Shown piece after piece: positions 1 to 9,298 of a DNA stretch of 19,340 bases. Every line of letters starts with the position of its first letter. The first letter of the stretch is position 1. A model generated the notes under the pieces. It searched no databases and was not told where the DNA came from. It was given only the letters and a program-made list of their open reading frames with translations. The stretch spans positions 1 through 19,340 of the forward strand of contig JBMFUT010000014.1 of NCBI GenBank assembly GCA_049966395.1, in the 5' to 3' direction. A program made the translations under genes and the position numbers. This DNA is from Candidatus Micrarchaeia archaeon (lineage in GTDB: Archaea > Micrarchaeota > Micrarchaeia > Micrarchaeales > CABMGC01).

Positions 1-135
1 TGTGACTGTTTCGCGTTTGACGAGGTGAATAAATGTAAATGTCAGGATCCTATATCTAATGCAAACAATAAAAACTTATCCGCTGCGATGGCAATAAATA
101 TCTGCGCTTCGATTCTAAATTGCGGCAGTGGTGAA

Positions 136-279
136 ATGGCTGAGATATCTACGCTGTGCTACATATGCGGCAAGCCCGCATCGCATGTATGCAAGCTTTG
201 CGGCAGGCACGTCTGCGAGAAGCACTTCGACTCGAAACTTGGCATTTGCACTGTCTGCAAGTCAGGAAGGCAGCAGTAG
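136..279 (+). CDS. Small (47 aa) Cys/His zinc-finger protein
   Basis: MAEISTLCYICGKPASHVCKLCGRHVCEKHFDSKLGICTVCKSGRQQ has CxxC, CxxC, CxxxH-like (CEKH) and CxxC, giving 8 potential ligands. ATG at 136 follows GTGGTGA (128-134). The frame is open back to position 1, so the start is chosen by RBS and motif, not by ORF length. Confidence 0.8.
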   Translation: MAEISTLCYICGKPASHVCKLCGRHVCEKHFDSKLGICTVCKSGRQQ

Positions 280-306
280 GGTGCATTGCTGCGATGCAGT
301 GCCAGT

Positions 307-1299
307 TCAAGAGAATAAGATGCTGCCAGCCCTTATGCTTGCTTTGTAACCTTCTGTATCCTCCTTTATCGATGCGTTTACCATTGCCTTGTAGTCTTCG
401 CTTGCGTCCATGAGCGAATAAACTTTGCCGTCCTTTATGAACTTCGGGTTCACATACCTAGGCTTCGCCTTCAGCACTACGCTGCCTTCTCCTACTGAAA
501 TGTCATTTTCCCTCAGCGCCCTGAATATCTCATTTACGTAACCTATGTTGGCAGCGCTCATCTTTTCGACTACTTCATCGTCGCTGCCGTAAAGCAGGTC
601 ATTCCTGCTTATCGCGCCTTGCTCCATAGCCCTTTTCAGCGCAGCTGAAAACACGTATTTTCTTGCTATGTCATCCTTGTTTCCGAAATAATTGTGCTCA
701 ACCCAGATAAACAGCTTACCGTAATCCATAGCTGATTTTTCCGAATCGAAGATTATCTCCCCGTTGTGGTTGACAAGGTGTTCCAACATGCCCTTTACCT
801 GGGCCTGGTTGAAATTGGCATGCATCGCCTCCCTGAGCGAGTAGTCTATTCTGTCGGCGCACAACTCCGGAATGCTCCGCTCAAGAAGGCCGAAAAGGCT
901 TTCGTCTGAAATCCTCATTGGGTCATAGCCGTGCCTTTCCAATATATCCTTTATCTCGCCTTTCTCAAAGTAGGACTTGTGCAGCGAGTCCTGCAGGCCC
1001 TGATCAGCATAGCTGCCGAAGAGCATGTCCACTGTGTGGGAAAACGCAGTGTGCGAGACGTCGTGGAGCAGTCCAGCCAGCTGCTCTTCAGTACTTGCGC
1101 CAAGCTTCTTGAGAAGGAGCATCACGCCGACGCAGTGCTCATATCTGCTGTAGTGCGCCGGGTTCTGCCTGTCGAATTCCTCAGGTATGCCCTGGCTGAG
1201 CACGTGCCTTATGCGTTGCATTGGCTTCGATTCCATCAGCGCTATGGTTGTATCGTCATCTATTTCAAAGTCGCCATAGACAATGTCGCTGACGAGCAT
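307..1299 (-). CDS. HD-domain phosphohydrolase (dNTP triphosphohydrolase/SAMHD1-like, COG1078-type)
   Basis: Motifs SRYEHCVGV, AGLLHDVSHTAFSH and ADRIDY. The N-terminus MLVSDIVYG...MQRIR matches the family start (D-x-x-Y/H-G...QRLR). ATG 1299 lies 4 nt after the upstream gene's TGA. The 1371 extension overlaps that gene. Confidence 0.9.
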   Translation of the reverse strand: MLVSDIVYGDFEIDDDTTIALMESKPMQRIRHVLSQGIPEEFDRQNPAHYSRYEHCVGVMLLLKKLGASTEEQLAGLLHDVSHTAFSHTVDMLFGSYADQGLQDSLHKSYFEKGEIKDILERHGYDPMRISDESLFGLLERSIPELCADRIDYSLREAMHANFNQAQVKGMLEHLVNHNGEIIFDSEKSAMDYGKLFIWVEHNYFGNKDDIARKYVFSAALKRAMEQGAISRNDLLYGSDDEVVEKMSAANIGYVNEIFRALRENDISVGEGSVVLKAKPRYVNPKFIKDGKVYSLMDASEDYKAMVNASIKEDTEGYKASIRAGSILFS

Positions 1300-1303
1300 C
1301 TGA

Positions 1304-1576
1304 TCACTGGATGGCAGAGAAGTCGCTCGCCTTGGTGCCCTTAGGGAACGCCCTGCCGTTAGGCGCCTCAACAGGTAAGCCTATCTCGCCGGCGACCCTT
1401 AGGAGCTCAGATGTGTCTATTTGTCTTTCGGTGAAGAGCTCGGTGAAGCTTATGTTAGCCTCGCTCACCTTCCTCACCTTGAAGGTTATCTGCTGGTACA
1501 TGCCGCTCCTCTTCACCCTTATCTTTATGCTGCCGTTCTTCAGGGCATATTCGGCTTCCCTGGTAAGTGCTTCCAT
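1304..1576 (-). CDS. Hypothetical protein, 90 aa
   Basis: ATG preceded by GTGGTA. It fills the gap between the divergent promoter and the HD gene, ends 4 nt before the HD start, and has globular protein-like composition. Family not recognised. Confidence 0.75.
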   Translation of the reverse strand: MEALTREAEYALKNGSIKIRVKRSGMYQQITFKVRKVSEANISFTELFTERQIDTSELLRVAGEIGLPVEAPNGRAFPKGTKASDFSAIQ

Positions 1577-1604
1577 GATACCACATGTTTAAGCTGAAAC
1601 CAAA

Positions 1605-1630
1605 AAGGAAACGAGTTAAATAAATATATG
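1605..1630. promoter_or_regulatory. Divergent promoter region; putative BRE/TATA for a leaderless nuoA transcript
   Basis: Purine-rich GGAAACGAG then TTAAATA (1616-1622), about 22-28 nt upstream of the nuoA ATG (1644). No RBS precedes nuoA. The AT-rich tract also reads TATA-like on the minus strand. Confidence 0.55.
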
Positions 1631-1643
1631 CTGATATAATAGC

Positions 1644-2009
1644 ATGCCATACAATTATATTGCTATCGCCATATTCTCGGCAATAGCGATTGCGCTGCCC
1701 TTCCTGATTATTCTTATCGCTAAGTTGATAGGCGAGCCAGAAGAGAGAAATCCTGTCAAAAATTCAAACTACGAGAGCGCGGAAGCGAGCATAGGCGAGA
1801 AGTCTAGCTTGGCTATGGAGTACATGCACTACTTCCCGCTTTTCCTAGGCTTCGAGCTCATAGCTGCAATAGTTATAGTGTGGGTCGCTGTAGCAAGGAG
1901 CATATCATTTAATTACGACATGTTCGTGCTGCTGCTTGCAGTGCTGTCAGCAGTCTTTGTGATGTTCGGCATGGCGCTTGCTCACAAGGTTGATACGTAT
2001 GAGTACTGA
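1644..2009 (+). CDS. nuoA: Complex I-like oxidoreductase subunit A
   Basis: Three hydrophobic helices, loop K-x-x-x-YESA (cf. YECG), first gene of the operon. Confidence 0.9.
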   Translation: MPYNYIAIAIFSAIAIALPFLIILIAKLIGEPEERNPVKNSNYESAEASIGEKSSLAMEYMHYFPLFLGFELIAAIVIVWVAVARSISFNYDMFVLLLAVLSAVFVMFGMALAHKVDTYEY

Positions 2010-2556
2010 AGAGGAATTTACCAATGCCCAAAAGGAGATGGAGCAGCTGGTGATAGATTCGATGAAGACTTACAAGCCCCCAAGGAGCGCGCTTTTTGTG
2101 AAGCTTTCAGACATTACGAAAAAGGCAATGAAGGAGCCATTGAAGTGGAGCAGGAAGAACTCCCTGTGGCCTCTTCAATTCGGCCTCGCATGCTGCGCAA
2201 TGGAGCTCATGGATTTCGGCTCGTCTAGAATTGACGCCGAGCGCAAGGGCTATCTTCTATTCAGGGCGAGTCCAAGGCAGTGCGACGTGATGATTGTTGC
2301 AGGATGGGTAACAAAAGCAGTCATACCTGAAATAAAGAGGCTTTACGAGCAGATGGCCAAACCAAGGTACGTGATAGCTTATGGCGAATGCGCAACAAGC
2401 GGCGGCCCGTGGTGGGAAAGCTACAACATAATAAAGGGCATAGACCAGGTTCTGCCCGTGGACGTATACGTGGCAGGATGCCCTCCAAGACCAGAGAATC
2501 TCTTCGCTGCGCTTATGAAGCTGCAAGAAAAAGTTGGTGGTAAAATTGAAGGTTGA
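1999..2556 (+). CDS. nuoB: Complex I-like subunit B (N2 4Fe-4S cluster)
   Basis: SLWPLQFGLACCAMEL, RASPRQCD, AYGECATSGG and VDVYVAGCPPRPE. ATG 1999 follows AAGGTTGA and overlaps the nuoA end. Confidence 0.97.
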   Translation: MSTEEEFTNAQKEMEQLVIDSMKTYKPPRSALFVKLSDITKKAMKEPLKWSRKNSLWPLQFGLACCAMELMDFGSSRIDAERKGYLLFRASPRQCDVMIVAGWVTKAVIPEIKRLYEQMAKPRYVIAYGECATSGGPWWESYNIIKGIDQVLPVDVYVAGCPPRPENLFAALMKLQEKVGGKIEG

Positions 2557-2899
2557 CAAGAGCGAGATACTGGAAGCATGCAGGCAGGCCAAAAAGGACG
2601 GCTTCGATTATCTGGTAAAGATAACAGCTGTAGACTATTCAGACCACATCGATGTAATATATTTTGTCAGGGATATGGAGAAAAATGCAGACGCAGTCAT
2701 CGAGGCGACATTGGACAGCGTTAATCCGAGCGTGCCAAGCGTAATGGAAGTTTACAAGGCTGCGGACTGGTACGAAAGGGAGCTCTCGGAAATGTTCGGC
2801 ATTGAGATAGAAGGGAGAAAAACGAGAAGGCTCCTGCTTGAAAAGTGGGAGGGAAGCAAGCCCCCTCTGAGGAAGAGCTTCGTATGGGGCAAGGATTGA
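2546..2899 (+). CDS. nuoC: Complex I-like subunit C
   Basis: ITAVDY, PSV...AADWYERELSEMFGI, RRLLL...PLRK. The start is uncertain (TTG 2534, GTG 2537 or TTG 2546); 2546 has GGTGG 5 nt upstream. Confidence 0.92.
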   Translation: MKVDKSEILEACRQAKKDGFDYLVKITAVDYSDHIDVIYFVRDMEKNADAVIEATLDSVNPSVPSVMEVYKAADWYERELSEMFGIEIEGRKTRRLLLEKWEGSKPPLRKSFVWGKD

Positions 2900-2903
2900 T
2901 TTG

Positions 2904-3998
2904 ATGCCTGTAACAAAAATAAATGTAGGGCCGATACACCCGAGCACTCACGGCGTCTTGAGATTGGTCGTGAGCCTCGACGGGGACACCATCGTCGACG
3001 TCGAGCCGCATATAGGATTCCTTCACCGCGGGGTCGAGAAGCTAGTTGAAAACAGAATGTACATGCAGAGCATAGTCTACATGGAGAAGCTAGATTACGC
3101 CGCGCCTCTGGCATACGACGACCTGTATGTAGCTACTGTCGAAGAAGCAACTGGTATAGAGGTAAAGGAAAGGGCGAAATACCTAAGGGTGGCATTGCTT
3201 GAGCTCCAGAGGGTGGCGAGCCACCTGCTGTGGCTTGGCACAATGTGCAACGATCTCGGCCTGATGTTCAGCCTTTTCATGTGGACTTTCAGGGAAAGGG
3301 ACAAGGTGCTCAGCATACTGGAAAGCATTACGGGAAGCAGGATGTTCTACGTGAACTTCAGGCTTGGTGGACTGGTAAAAGACATTCCTGCCGGCTTTGT
3401 CGATACTGCGATAAGCGAGCTCGCGGATCTTGAGAAGCGCATATCGGAATACGAAAGGTTCCTTGAAAAGAATCCAATATTCATCGAAAGAACCAGGAAA
3501 GTTGGAGTACTAAGCAGGGACGAAGCGATAGAGCTTGGAGTCACAGGACCAGTGCTCAGGGCGTCAGGAGTGGAATATGATGTCAGGAAGAACCACCCGT
3601 ATTACGTCTACAGCAAGCTTCATTTCAAGCCCCAAGTGCAGACCGGCGGGGATTCGTTGGCGAGGTACAAGGTCAGAATGCTAGAGATGAAGGAAAGCAT
3701 AAGGCTAGCAAAGGAAGCGCTTAATAAGATGCCAGATGGAGACGCGCTCGGGATGAAAATAAAGCTTACGTCGCCTCCTGTCAAAAACAGCATAGTAACC
3801 GTCAGAAGGGAGATGCCGAGAGGAGAAGGCAATATGTACATGGTGGCAGACAAGCAGAAGCCCTACAGGCTTGCAATAAGGAGCGGCAGCTTCGTCAATC
3901 TTTCAGCGCTGCCGTATATGGCAAGGGGCCGCCGCTTCGCCGATCTCTTCGCTATATTGGGCAGCATAGACGTGGTGATGGCAGATGTTGATAAATAG
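2904..3998 (+). CDS. nuoD: Complex I-like subunit D (quinone-binding)
   Basis: NVGPIHPSTHGVLRL, GFLHRGVEK, EKLDY, ELQRVASHL, GVTGPVLRASG, EMPRGE and C-terminal GSIDVVMADVDK. It has no NiFe-binding CxxC pairs, so it is not a group 4 hydrogenase large subunit. Confidence 0.97.
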   Translation: MPVTKINVGPIHPSTHGVLRLVVSLDGDTIVDVEPHIGFLHRGVEKLVENRMYMQSIVYMEKLDYAAPLAYDDLYVATVEEATGIEVKERAKYLRVALLELQRVASHLLWLGTMCNDLGLMFSLFMWTFRERDKVLSILESITGSRMFYVNFRLGGLVKDIPAGFVDTAISELADLEKRISEYERFLEKNPIFIERTRKVGVLSRDEAIELGVTGPVLRASGVEYDVRKNHPYYVYSKLHFKPQVQTGGDSLARYKVRMLEMKESIRLAKEALNKMPDGDALGMKIKLTSPPVKNSIVTVRREMPRGEGNMYMVADKQKPYRLAIRSGSFVNLSALPYMARGRRFADLFAILGSIDVVMADVDK

Positions 3999-4941
3999 CC
4001 CCTTGGTAAAGGTCTTTGCTTACGCAATAGCCGCGCTTGTATTCATAATAGTCTTCGACTACATGTTCGGGTGGATGGAAAGGAAGGTCGTGGCAAAGGC
4101 GCAGTTCAGGCACGGCCCTACATACGTTGGCAAGTTCGGCATACTTCAAAATATGGCCGACATACTGAAGCTTCTTTCGAAGGAGAACATAATACCTGAC
4201 AATGCAGACAGGCTCGTCTTTCCTTTTGCTGTGCCGCTGCTGCTTGCGATGCTGCTGTTTCTTGTTTTCATATTGCCCCTCACGCCGCGATTTGTAGCGT
4301 CAAACCTAAGCCTTGGAGAGCTTGCAATTTTCATCCTTCTGGCGTTTGCGCCAATATTGCTTTTCCTGGGGGGATGGACAAGCGGCAACAAGTTTGGCGC
4401 AATAAGCGCGCAGAGGTCTGTGCTCATACTCCTCAGCTACGAGATTCCTATGATTATTGTCATCTCCACTGTAGCCTTGGCGGCTAACACCTACAATCTT
4501 GTTGGCATAACTAACGCGCAGAGAGGCATGTATTTCGCGCTGACGATGCCTATAGGGCTGTTTGTGTTCTTCGTGGTGATGCTTGCCGAGTTCGAGAGAC
4601 CTCCATTCGACCTCAGGGAGGCCGATTCCGAGCTTGTGGCAGGATGGCTTACTGATGTAAGCGCCCCATACTACACCCTCAGCCTTTTTGTGGACTACAC
4701 CAGGATGCTGCTCGGAAGTGCCTTGATAGCAATACTTTTCTTCGGCGGATGGCTTGGCCCTGTAATGCCCTCTGCTTTCTGGCTGCTTGCAAAAATCGTC
4801 ATAATAGCTTTCTTCATAGTGCTTGTCAGGATTTCAACGGTGAGAATGCGAATAGACAGGGTGCTGCGCCTAGGATGGCTTTGGATGCTGCCCCTTTCGC
4901 TACTCAACCTTGCGTTAACATTTATATTGTTTGTAAGGTAA
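3985..4941 (+). CDS. nuoH: Complex I-like subunit H
   Basis: ERK...Q.R.GP, ADILKLLSKE, SYEIP, AE..RPPFDL.EA.SELV.G and RMRID; multiple TM helices. Confidence 0.96.
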   Translation: MLINSPLVKVFAYAIAALVFIIVFDYMFGWMERKVVAKAQFRHGPTYVGKFGILQNMADILKLLSKENIIPDNADRLVFPFAVPLLLAMLLFLVFILPLTPRFVASNLSLGELAIFILLAFAPILLFLGGWTSGNKFGAISAQRSVLILLSYEIPMIIVISTVALAANTYNLVGITNAQRGMYFALTMPIGLFVFFVVMLAEFERPPFDLREADSELVAGWLTDVSAPYYTLSLFVDYTRMLLGSALIAILFFGGWLGPVMPSAFWLLAKIVIIAFFIVLVRISTVRMRIDRVLRLGWLWMLPLSLLNLALTFILFVR

Positions 4942-4989
4942 TTGTAATCGGCTGGCCTGATGAGGCAAGCCTTGGCGGGTGCAAAATGG

Positions 4990-5352
4990 ATGGTTCTTGA
5001 AGCAATAGCAAAAGTGGCAAAGAGCCTTGCGGAGGATCGTTTCACAATCAATTTTCCAGAGGAAAGGGAGGGAGTTCCAGACAACTACAGGGGGAAGCTG
5101 AGGCTTGATGTCAAGACTTGCATAAGCTGCTCGGCTTGTGCCCTCATATGCCCAAACCATACTATAGACATGGTGGAAATAGTCACAGAAAAAGGCGTCA
5201 AGAAGATGCCTCAGGTAGACCACGAAAGATGCCTCTTCTGCGGCCTGTGCGAGGAAGTGTGCCCGCCGCACTGCCTGGTGCTCACCAAGGACTACGATTT
5301 CGAAAGGACTGACAGAAGGGATTTCATAGAAAGGCCTGAGGAGCTTGAATAG
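4990..5352 (+). CDS. nuoI: Complex I-like subunit I (2x 4Fe-4S)
   Basis: FTINFPEE...YRG, CISCSACALICP and CLFCGLCEEVCP. The start is ATG 4990 (after GGGTG) or ATG 4960. Confidence 0.95.
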   Translation: MVLEAIAKVAKSLAEDRFTINFPEEREGVPDNYRGKLRLDVKTCISCSACALICPNHTIDMVEIVTEKGVKKMPQVDHERCLFCGLCEEVCPPHCLVLTKDYDFERTDRRDFIERPEELE

Positions 5353-5360
5353 GTTGTCTT

Positions 5361-5840
5361 ATGGCTTTTATTGAGCTTTCGGTGTTCGCTGCGATTGCCG
5401 TGCTTTCGTTAGTGTTCTCCATGCTGGTCTTCGCGGCGAAGAAGCTCCTTCACGCAGTGCTGGCGCTTACTTCTGTGTTTGCGCTGAGCGCAGCGCTGTT
5501 TGCGCTTCTTGGGCAAGAGCTTGTCGCGCTGCTGCAGCTTTTCATTTTCGTGGGTGGCCTATCGCTTTATCTGATGGTGACAATAGCCGCCGAATACAGA
5601 GGCAGCGAGTACACGCGCCTTTCTTATATACCAATAATCGCGATTGTGGTTGCCGCCGCAATGCTTCTTCCAATGGCAGGGATATTCTACGTGCAGCAGC
5701 AGAGCAACAGCTTCCTTTCAGCAGCAAGTGCTGGCTTCTCGAATTACTACGCTATACTTTACTTTATAGCGACAATGCTTTTCGCAGTAGGGATAGGAAG
5801 CATATTGGTGCTCAAGAGGCTAGTGAGGTTGGTTGTTTGA
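5361..5840 (+). CDS. nuoJ: Complex I-like subunit J
   Basis: About five TM helices, LHAVLAL and ALLQLFIFVGGL (cf. QxxVYxGAI); operon position. Confidence 0.88.
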   Translation: MAFIELSVFAAIAVLSLVFSMLVFAAKKLLHAVLALTSVFALSAALFALLGQELVALLQLFIFVGGLSLYLMVTIAAEYRGSEYTRLSYIPIIAIVVAAAMLLPMAGIFYVQQQSNSFLSAASAGFSNYYAILYFIATMLFAVGIGSILVLKRLVRLVV

Positions 5841-6142
5841 TGATTTTGGGCTATCCGATTGCGCTTGCAGTTGCGCTTTTCGCAATAGGGCTTGCAGGGG
5901 TAATAGCCAGCAGGCACCTGCTAGTGATAATGCTTGGAATCGAGCTCATGCTAGTCTCTTCGACTGTGGCTGCAGTTTCTTTCTTCAGCTTTTCAAGCGC
6001 AGGAAGCGACATAATGATTGTGCTGCTCGGCATATGGGCGATTGCAATAGCCGATACTATAGCATTTGTGACTTTTTACACTTACATAAAGTCGCGCGGG
6101 ATGGATCTTGATATAAGCAAAATGTCGAGGTTGAAGTGGTAA
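5840..6142 (+). CDS. nuoK: Complex I-like subunit K
   Basis: About 100 aa with three TM helices, LFAIGLAG...R and MLGIELML. TGATG stop/start overlap with nuoJ. Confidence 0.93.
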   Translation: MILGYPIALAVALFAIGLAGVIASRHLLVIMLGIELMLVSSTVAAVSFFSFSSAGSDIMIVLLGIWAIAIADTIAFVTFYTYIKSRGMDLDISKMSRLKW

Positions 6143-6143
6143 A

Positions 6144-7901
6144 ATGATGGCTCTGCTGATGATAGCGCCTTTGATAGTTGCGATGCTGCTGTCGCTGTGG
6201 CTAAAGAGGTATGCGCACTACATAGGCCTGCTCGGCAGCCTGTCGAGCCTTGCGATGCTGCCTTTCGTCGGCAGGGGAGTTGAAAGGATAGTGTGGTTCA
6301 GCATAGGAAGCTTCAGCCTTTCGATAACGACAAGCATAGGTGCGATGAACATGCTGCTCCTGTCAATTGTCGCTGTAGTAGGCGTTCTGATATTTGCATA
6401 TTCTGTTGGTTACATAGACTTGCCCAGCGAGAGGAGGCGCTTCTTCGTCGAAATGCTTGCCTTTGAGGCTGCAATGCTTGCTTTCGCAATGGCAGGAAAT
6501 TTCATATTGTTCTTCGTGGCTTGGGAATTCCTAAGCCTGACAAGCTACTTATTGATAGGCTTCTGGTACAAGAAGGAAAGCGCAGCGCGTGCGGCAAGGA
6601 AGGCCATAACAATAGTGCTGATAGGTGACATATCCCTCATTGCAGCGATAGCTATAATGTGGTCCGTTTATGGAACTCTGCAGTTTAGCACGATACTCAC
6701 AGTGGCAAAGCCTCAAGCCCTAGTCTACATGGCAATGGCGCTGCTAATAGTTGCGATTTTCACAAAATCCGCGCAGTTCCCATTCAGCGAGTGGCTTCCA
6801 GATGCCATGGAAGGCCCGGTGCCTGTCTCGGCATTCCTCCATTCTTCCACAATGGTCAAGGCGGGAGTCTTTGCGGCCATAGTGCTGTTTCCTCTTTTCG
6901 TTCTCTATCATCTCCTTTACGTGCTGCTGGCATTCGGTATAACGACAACCGTGCTTGCAACGCTAAACGCGATGAGGGAGACCCACGTAAAGAGAGTGCT
7001 AGCATACTCTACCCTGAATGAGCTTGGAATAATGTTCACCGCGATAGGAGGTGGAGCAATAATAGCCGCAGTTTATCTCTTCTTTGCCCAAAGCTTCTAC
7101 AAGGCTCTTCTATTCTTCAGCAGCGGAATAATGATGAAAGCTTCTAAAAAGGAAAGCATAGAGGAAATCTCAGGCATAGCCCACAACAAGCTCATATACA
7201 ACACCACGCTCTTCGGCGTGCTCTCGCTGGCAGGCTTCTTCCCGTTTGCCGGCTTCTTCGCCAACGTCGCAATAGGCGCATCGCTTTACAGCAACATCCT
7301 CTTATATGCAATACTTGGCGCGGTATCATTAGGCACTAGCTTCTTCATTTTCAGGTGGCTCTACATGCCCATGAGAAACAAGGAGACCGACGCCGCAGAC
7401 ATAGGATATGACGCAATTCCAAGTAGCATGAAATACTCTGCAGTTCTCATGGCAGCCCTGGCGCTTGTGTCCGTGCTTTTCTTCAAGGTTGTCACTAACG
7501 CAGCCGCGACAACTTACCTACCATATGCAGGCACATTTTCAATGCGCTTGACAGACATGGCGGTAGAAACAATACTGGTGGCGCTCGGCGCCTACATAAG
7601 CTACAGGATGTACATGGAAGCAAAGCTTGCAATAGAATGGAAGAAATTATACAAGATAGCGCAGAACAGCGCAATTGTCAACGACCTTTATTCATACGCT
7701 GCCTCTGCATTCGTTCTGCTGAGCGACGGCGTAAACATGTTTGACCTCGCAGTTAACGACACCTTCGACAAGTCTGCAGCATACATATCAGCCTCAAGCG
7801 GCTTCCTGAGGAGAAGCGTCAGCGGCAGCATAAGCCTTTACATTCTCGCCTTCGCAATAGGCTTCGTGCTCCTCGCAATATACGCGGTGGTTTTCGGATG
7901 A
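6144..7901 (+). CDS. nuoL: Complex I-like antiporter-type subunit L
   Basis: AWEFLSLTSYLLIGFW, IGD, KSAQFPFSEWLPDAMEGPVPVSAFLH, KRVLAYST and KALLF; C-terminal amphipathic stretch plus a final TM helix. Confidence 0.95.
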   Translation: MMALLMIAPLIVAMLLSLWLKRYAHYIGLLGSLSSLAMLPFVGRGVERIVWFSIGSFSLSITTSIGAMNMLLLSIVAVVGVLIFAYSVGYIDLPSERRRFFVEMLAFEAAMLAFAMAGNFILFFVAWEFLSLTSYLLIGFWYKKESAARAARKAITIVLIGDISLIAAIAIMWSVYGTLQFSTILTVAKPQALVYMAMALLIVAIFTKSAQFPFSEWLPDAMEGPVPVSAFLHSSTMVKAGVFAAIVLFPLFVLYHLLYVLLAFGITTTVLATLNAMRETHVKRVLAYSTLNELGIMFTAIGGGAIIAAVYLFFAQSFYKALLFFSSGIMMKASKKESIEEISGIAHNKLIYNTTLFGVLSLAGFFPFAGFFANVAIGASLYSNILLYAILGAVSLGTSFFIFRWLYMPMRNKETDAADIGYDAIPSSMKYSAVLMAALALVSVLFFKVVTNAAATTYLPYAGTFSMRLTDMAVETILVALGAYISYRMYMEAKLAIEWKKLYKIAQNSAIVNDLYSYAASAFVLLSDGVNMFDLAVNDTFDKSAAYISASSGFLRRSVSGSISLYILAFAIGFVLLAIYAVVFG

Positions 7902-9298
7902 TCCCAATATTGCTAATAATGCTTGCAATGCCGGTCATAGGCGCTATCCTTGCTGCTGCTCCCAGGCGCGGCTCAAATTATATCTCAGCTGCATTTGCAA
8001 CAGCGGTGCTGCTGATTGCAATAATTGCGGCGCATTACGCCCAGCAAGGCATACTGGAGAGCTACAGTTACATAAGCAGCCTGGGCATAGGCTTTGACCT
8101 GTCACTTAACGGCATATCGGTTTTCCTTATGCTTATGACAAGCATAGTGTTCTTCGCCGCAGCGCTGGCAAATTTCTTCTTTGTGAAGGAGGAAGCCAGG
8201 AGTTTCAACGCCCTGTTCATGCTTGCCGAGACTTCAACGCTAGGTGTATTCCTCGCCGCCAACTTCTTCCTTCTTTATGTTTTCTGGGACGTGGCGATAA
8301 TAATACTATTCTTCATGATATTCCATTACGGGGGCTACGACAGGAGGTACGCCTCGATAAAATTCTTGATATACTCGATATTCTCAAGCGGCCTTCTGCT
8401 CATAGGCATATTGCTGCTATACATGTACGCGCCTGCGCACAGCTTCAACATATCCTCAATAGAAGCCACTGCCGCCTCAATACCCAAAGGGGTGCAGGCT
8501 GCAATATTCATAATAATGGCGATTGCATTCATGATCAAAATACCCGTATTCCCGTTCCATTCCTGGGCGCCTGACGCTTATACAGAGGCGCCGCCTACAG
8601 GCAGTGCGATAATTGCTGGTGTGCTTTCAAAGTTCGGCGCATACGGAATGCTCCTGCTCTTTATGACTCTGCCAGTGGCAAAGGAGTATTCAATGTATGT
8701 CGCTGAACTCCTTGTATTCTCGATATTCTATGCCGCCATAGTTGCCGTAACTCAGAAGGAAATAAAGAGGATGTTCTCTTATCTGAGTATAGCGGAAATG
8801 GGCTTCATAGTCTTCGGCATAGCAGCATTCAACCAGCTCGGCGTTTCAGGTGCGCTTTACGGGATGTTTAGCCACGGGCTAGTTATTGCGGCGCTCATGA
8901 TAGCAGCATTTGCTGTTGACAAATCTCTAGGCACGACGTTGATATCAAGGCTCAAGGGCATAGCCAACGTGATGCCGGGCTTTTCCTACCTAGTGCTTTT
9001 CTTCATCTTTGCCGCCATAGGGATACCTCTCACCACAGGCTTTGTGATGGACATACTTATACTATTTGGGGGAGTGAAGGCGTTTTCATCTTTCGGCGTT
9101 TTGCCCATATTTGCCGCAATAGTAAACGGCGGATACTTGTTATGGCTTTTCGAGAGGTCATTCGCATCATCGCACAATGAACCGAAGGTAATAGAATACC
9201 CAGAAAAAATGCTCTACGCCGCGCTCTTTTCAATAGCCTCGTTTGTCGTCGTGTTCGGCGTCCTGCCGTTCCTGCTGCTTAGGGTGTTTGCCACATGA
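7898..9298 (+). CDS. nuoM: Complex I-like antiporter-type subunit M
   Basis: RRYASIKFLIY, IKIPVFPFHSWAPDAYTEAP, AGVLSKFGAYG, KRMFSY and MFSHG. ATGA overlap with nuoL. Confidence 0.95.
   Translation: MIPILLIMLAMPVIGAILAAAPRRGSNYISAAFATAVLLIAIIAAHYAQQGILESYSYISSLGIGFDLSLNGISVFLMLMTSIVFFAAALANFFFVKEEARSFNALFMLAETSTLGVFLAANFFLLYVFWDVAIIILFFMIFHYGGYDRRYASIKFLIYSIFSSGLLLIGILLLYMYAPAHSFNISSIEATAASIPKGVQAAIFIIMAIAFMIKIPVFPFHSWAPDAYTEAPPTGSAIIAGVLSKFGAYGMLLLFMTLPVAKEYSMYVAELLVFSIFYAAIVAVTQKEIKRMFSYLSIAEMGFIVFGIAAFNQLGVSGALYGMFSHGLVIAALMIAAFAVDKSLGTTLISRLKGIANVMPGFSYLVLFFIFAAIGIPLTTGFVMDILILFGGVKAFSSFGVLPIFAAIVNGGYLLWLFERSFASSHNEPKVIEYPEKMLYAALFSIASFVVVFGVLPFLLLRVFAT

Noticed and set aside
1300..1371. 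N-terminal extension of the HD protein in the ORF track
   Set aside because: It overlaps the upstream gene; family similarity begins at Met 1299.
2904..3998. Membrane-bound [NiFe] hydrogenase (Ech/Mbh/Hyc) interpretation of the operon
   Set aside because: The large subunit lacks both CxxC NiFe motifs and keeps the complex I quinone-site motifs.
4955..5000. CTGATGA as a hammerhead ribozyme core or C/D-box sRNA box C
   Set aside because: No GAAA follows a stem II and no downstream CTGA box D lies at a suitable distance.
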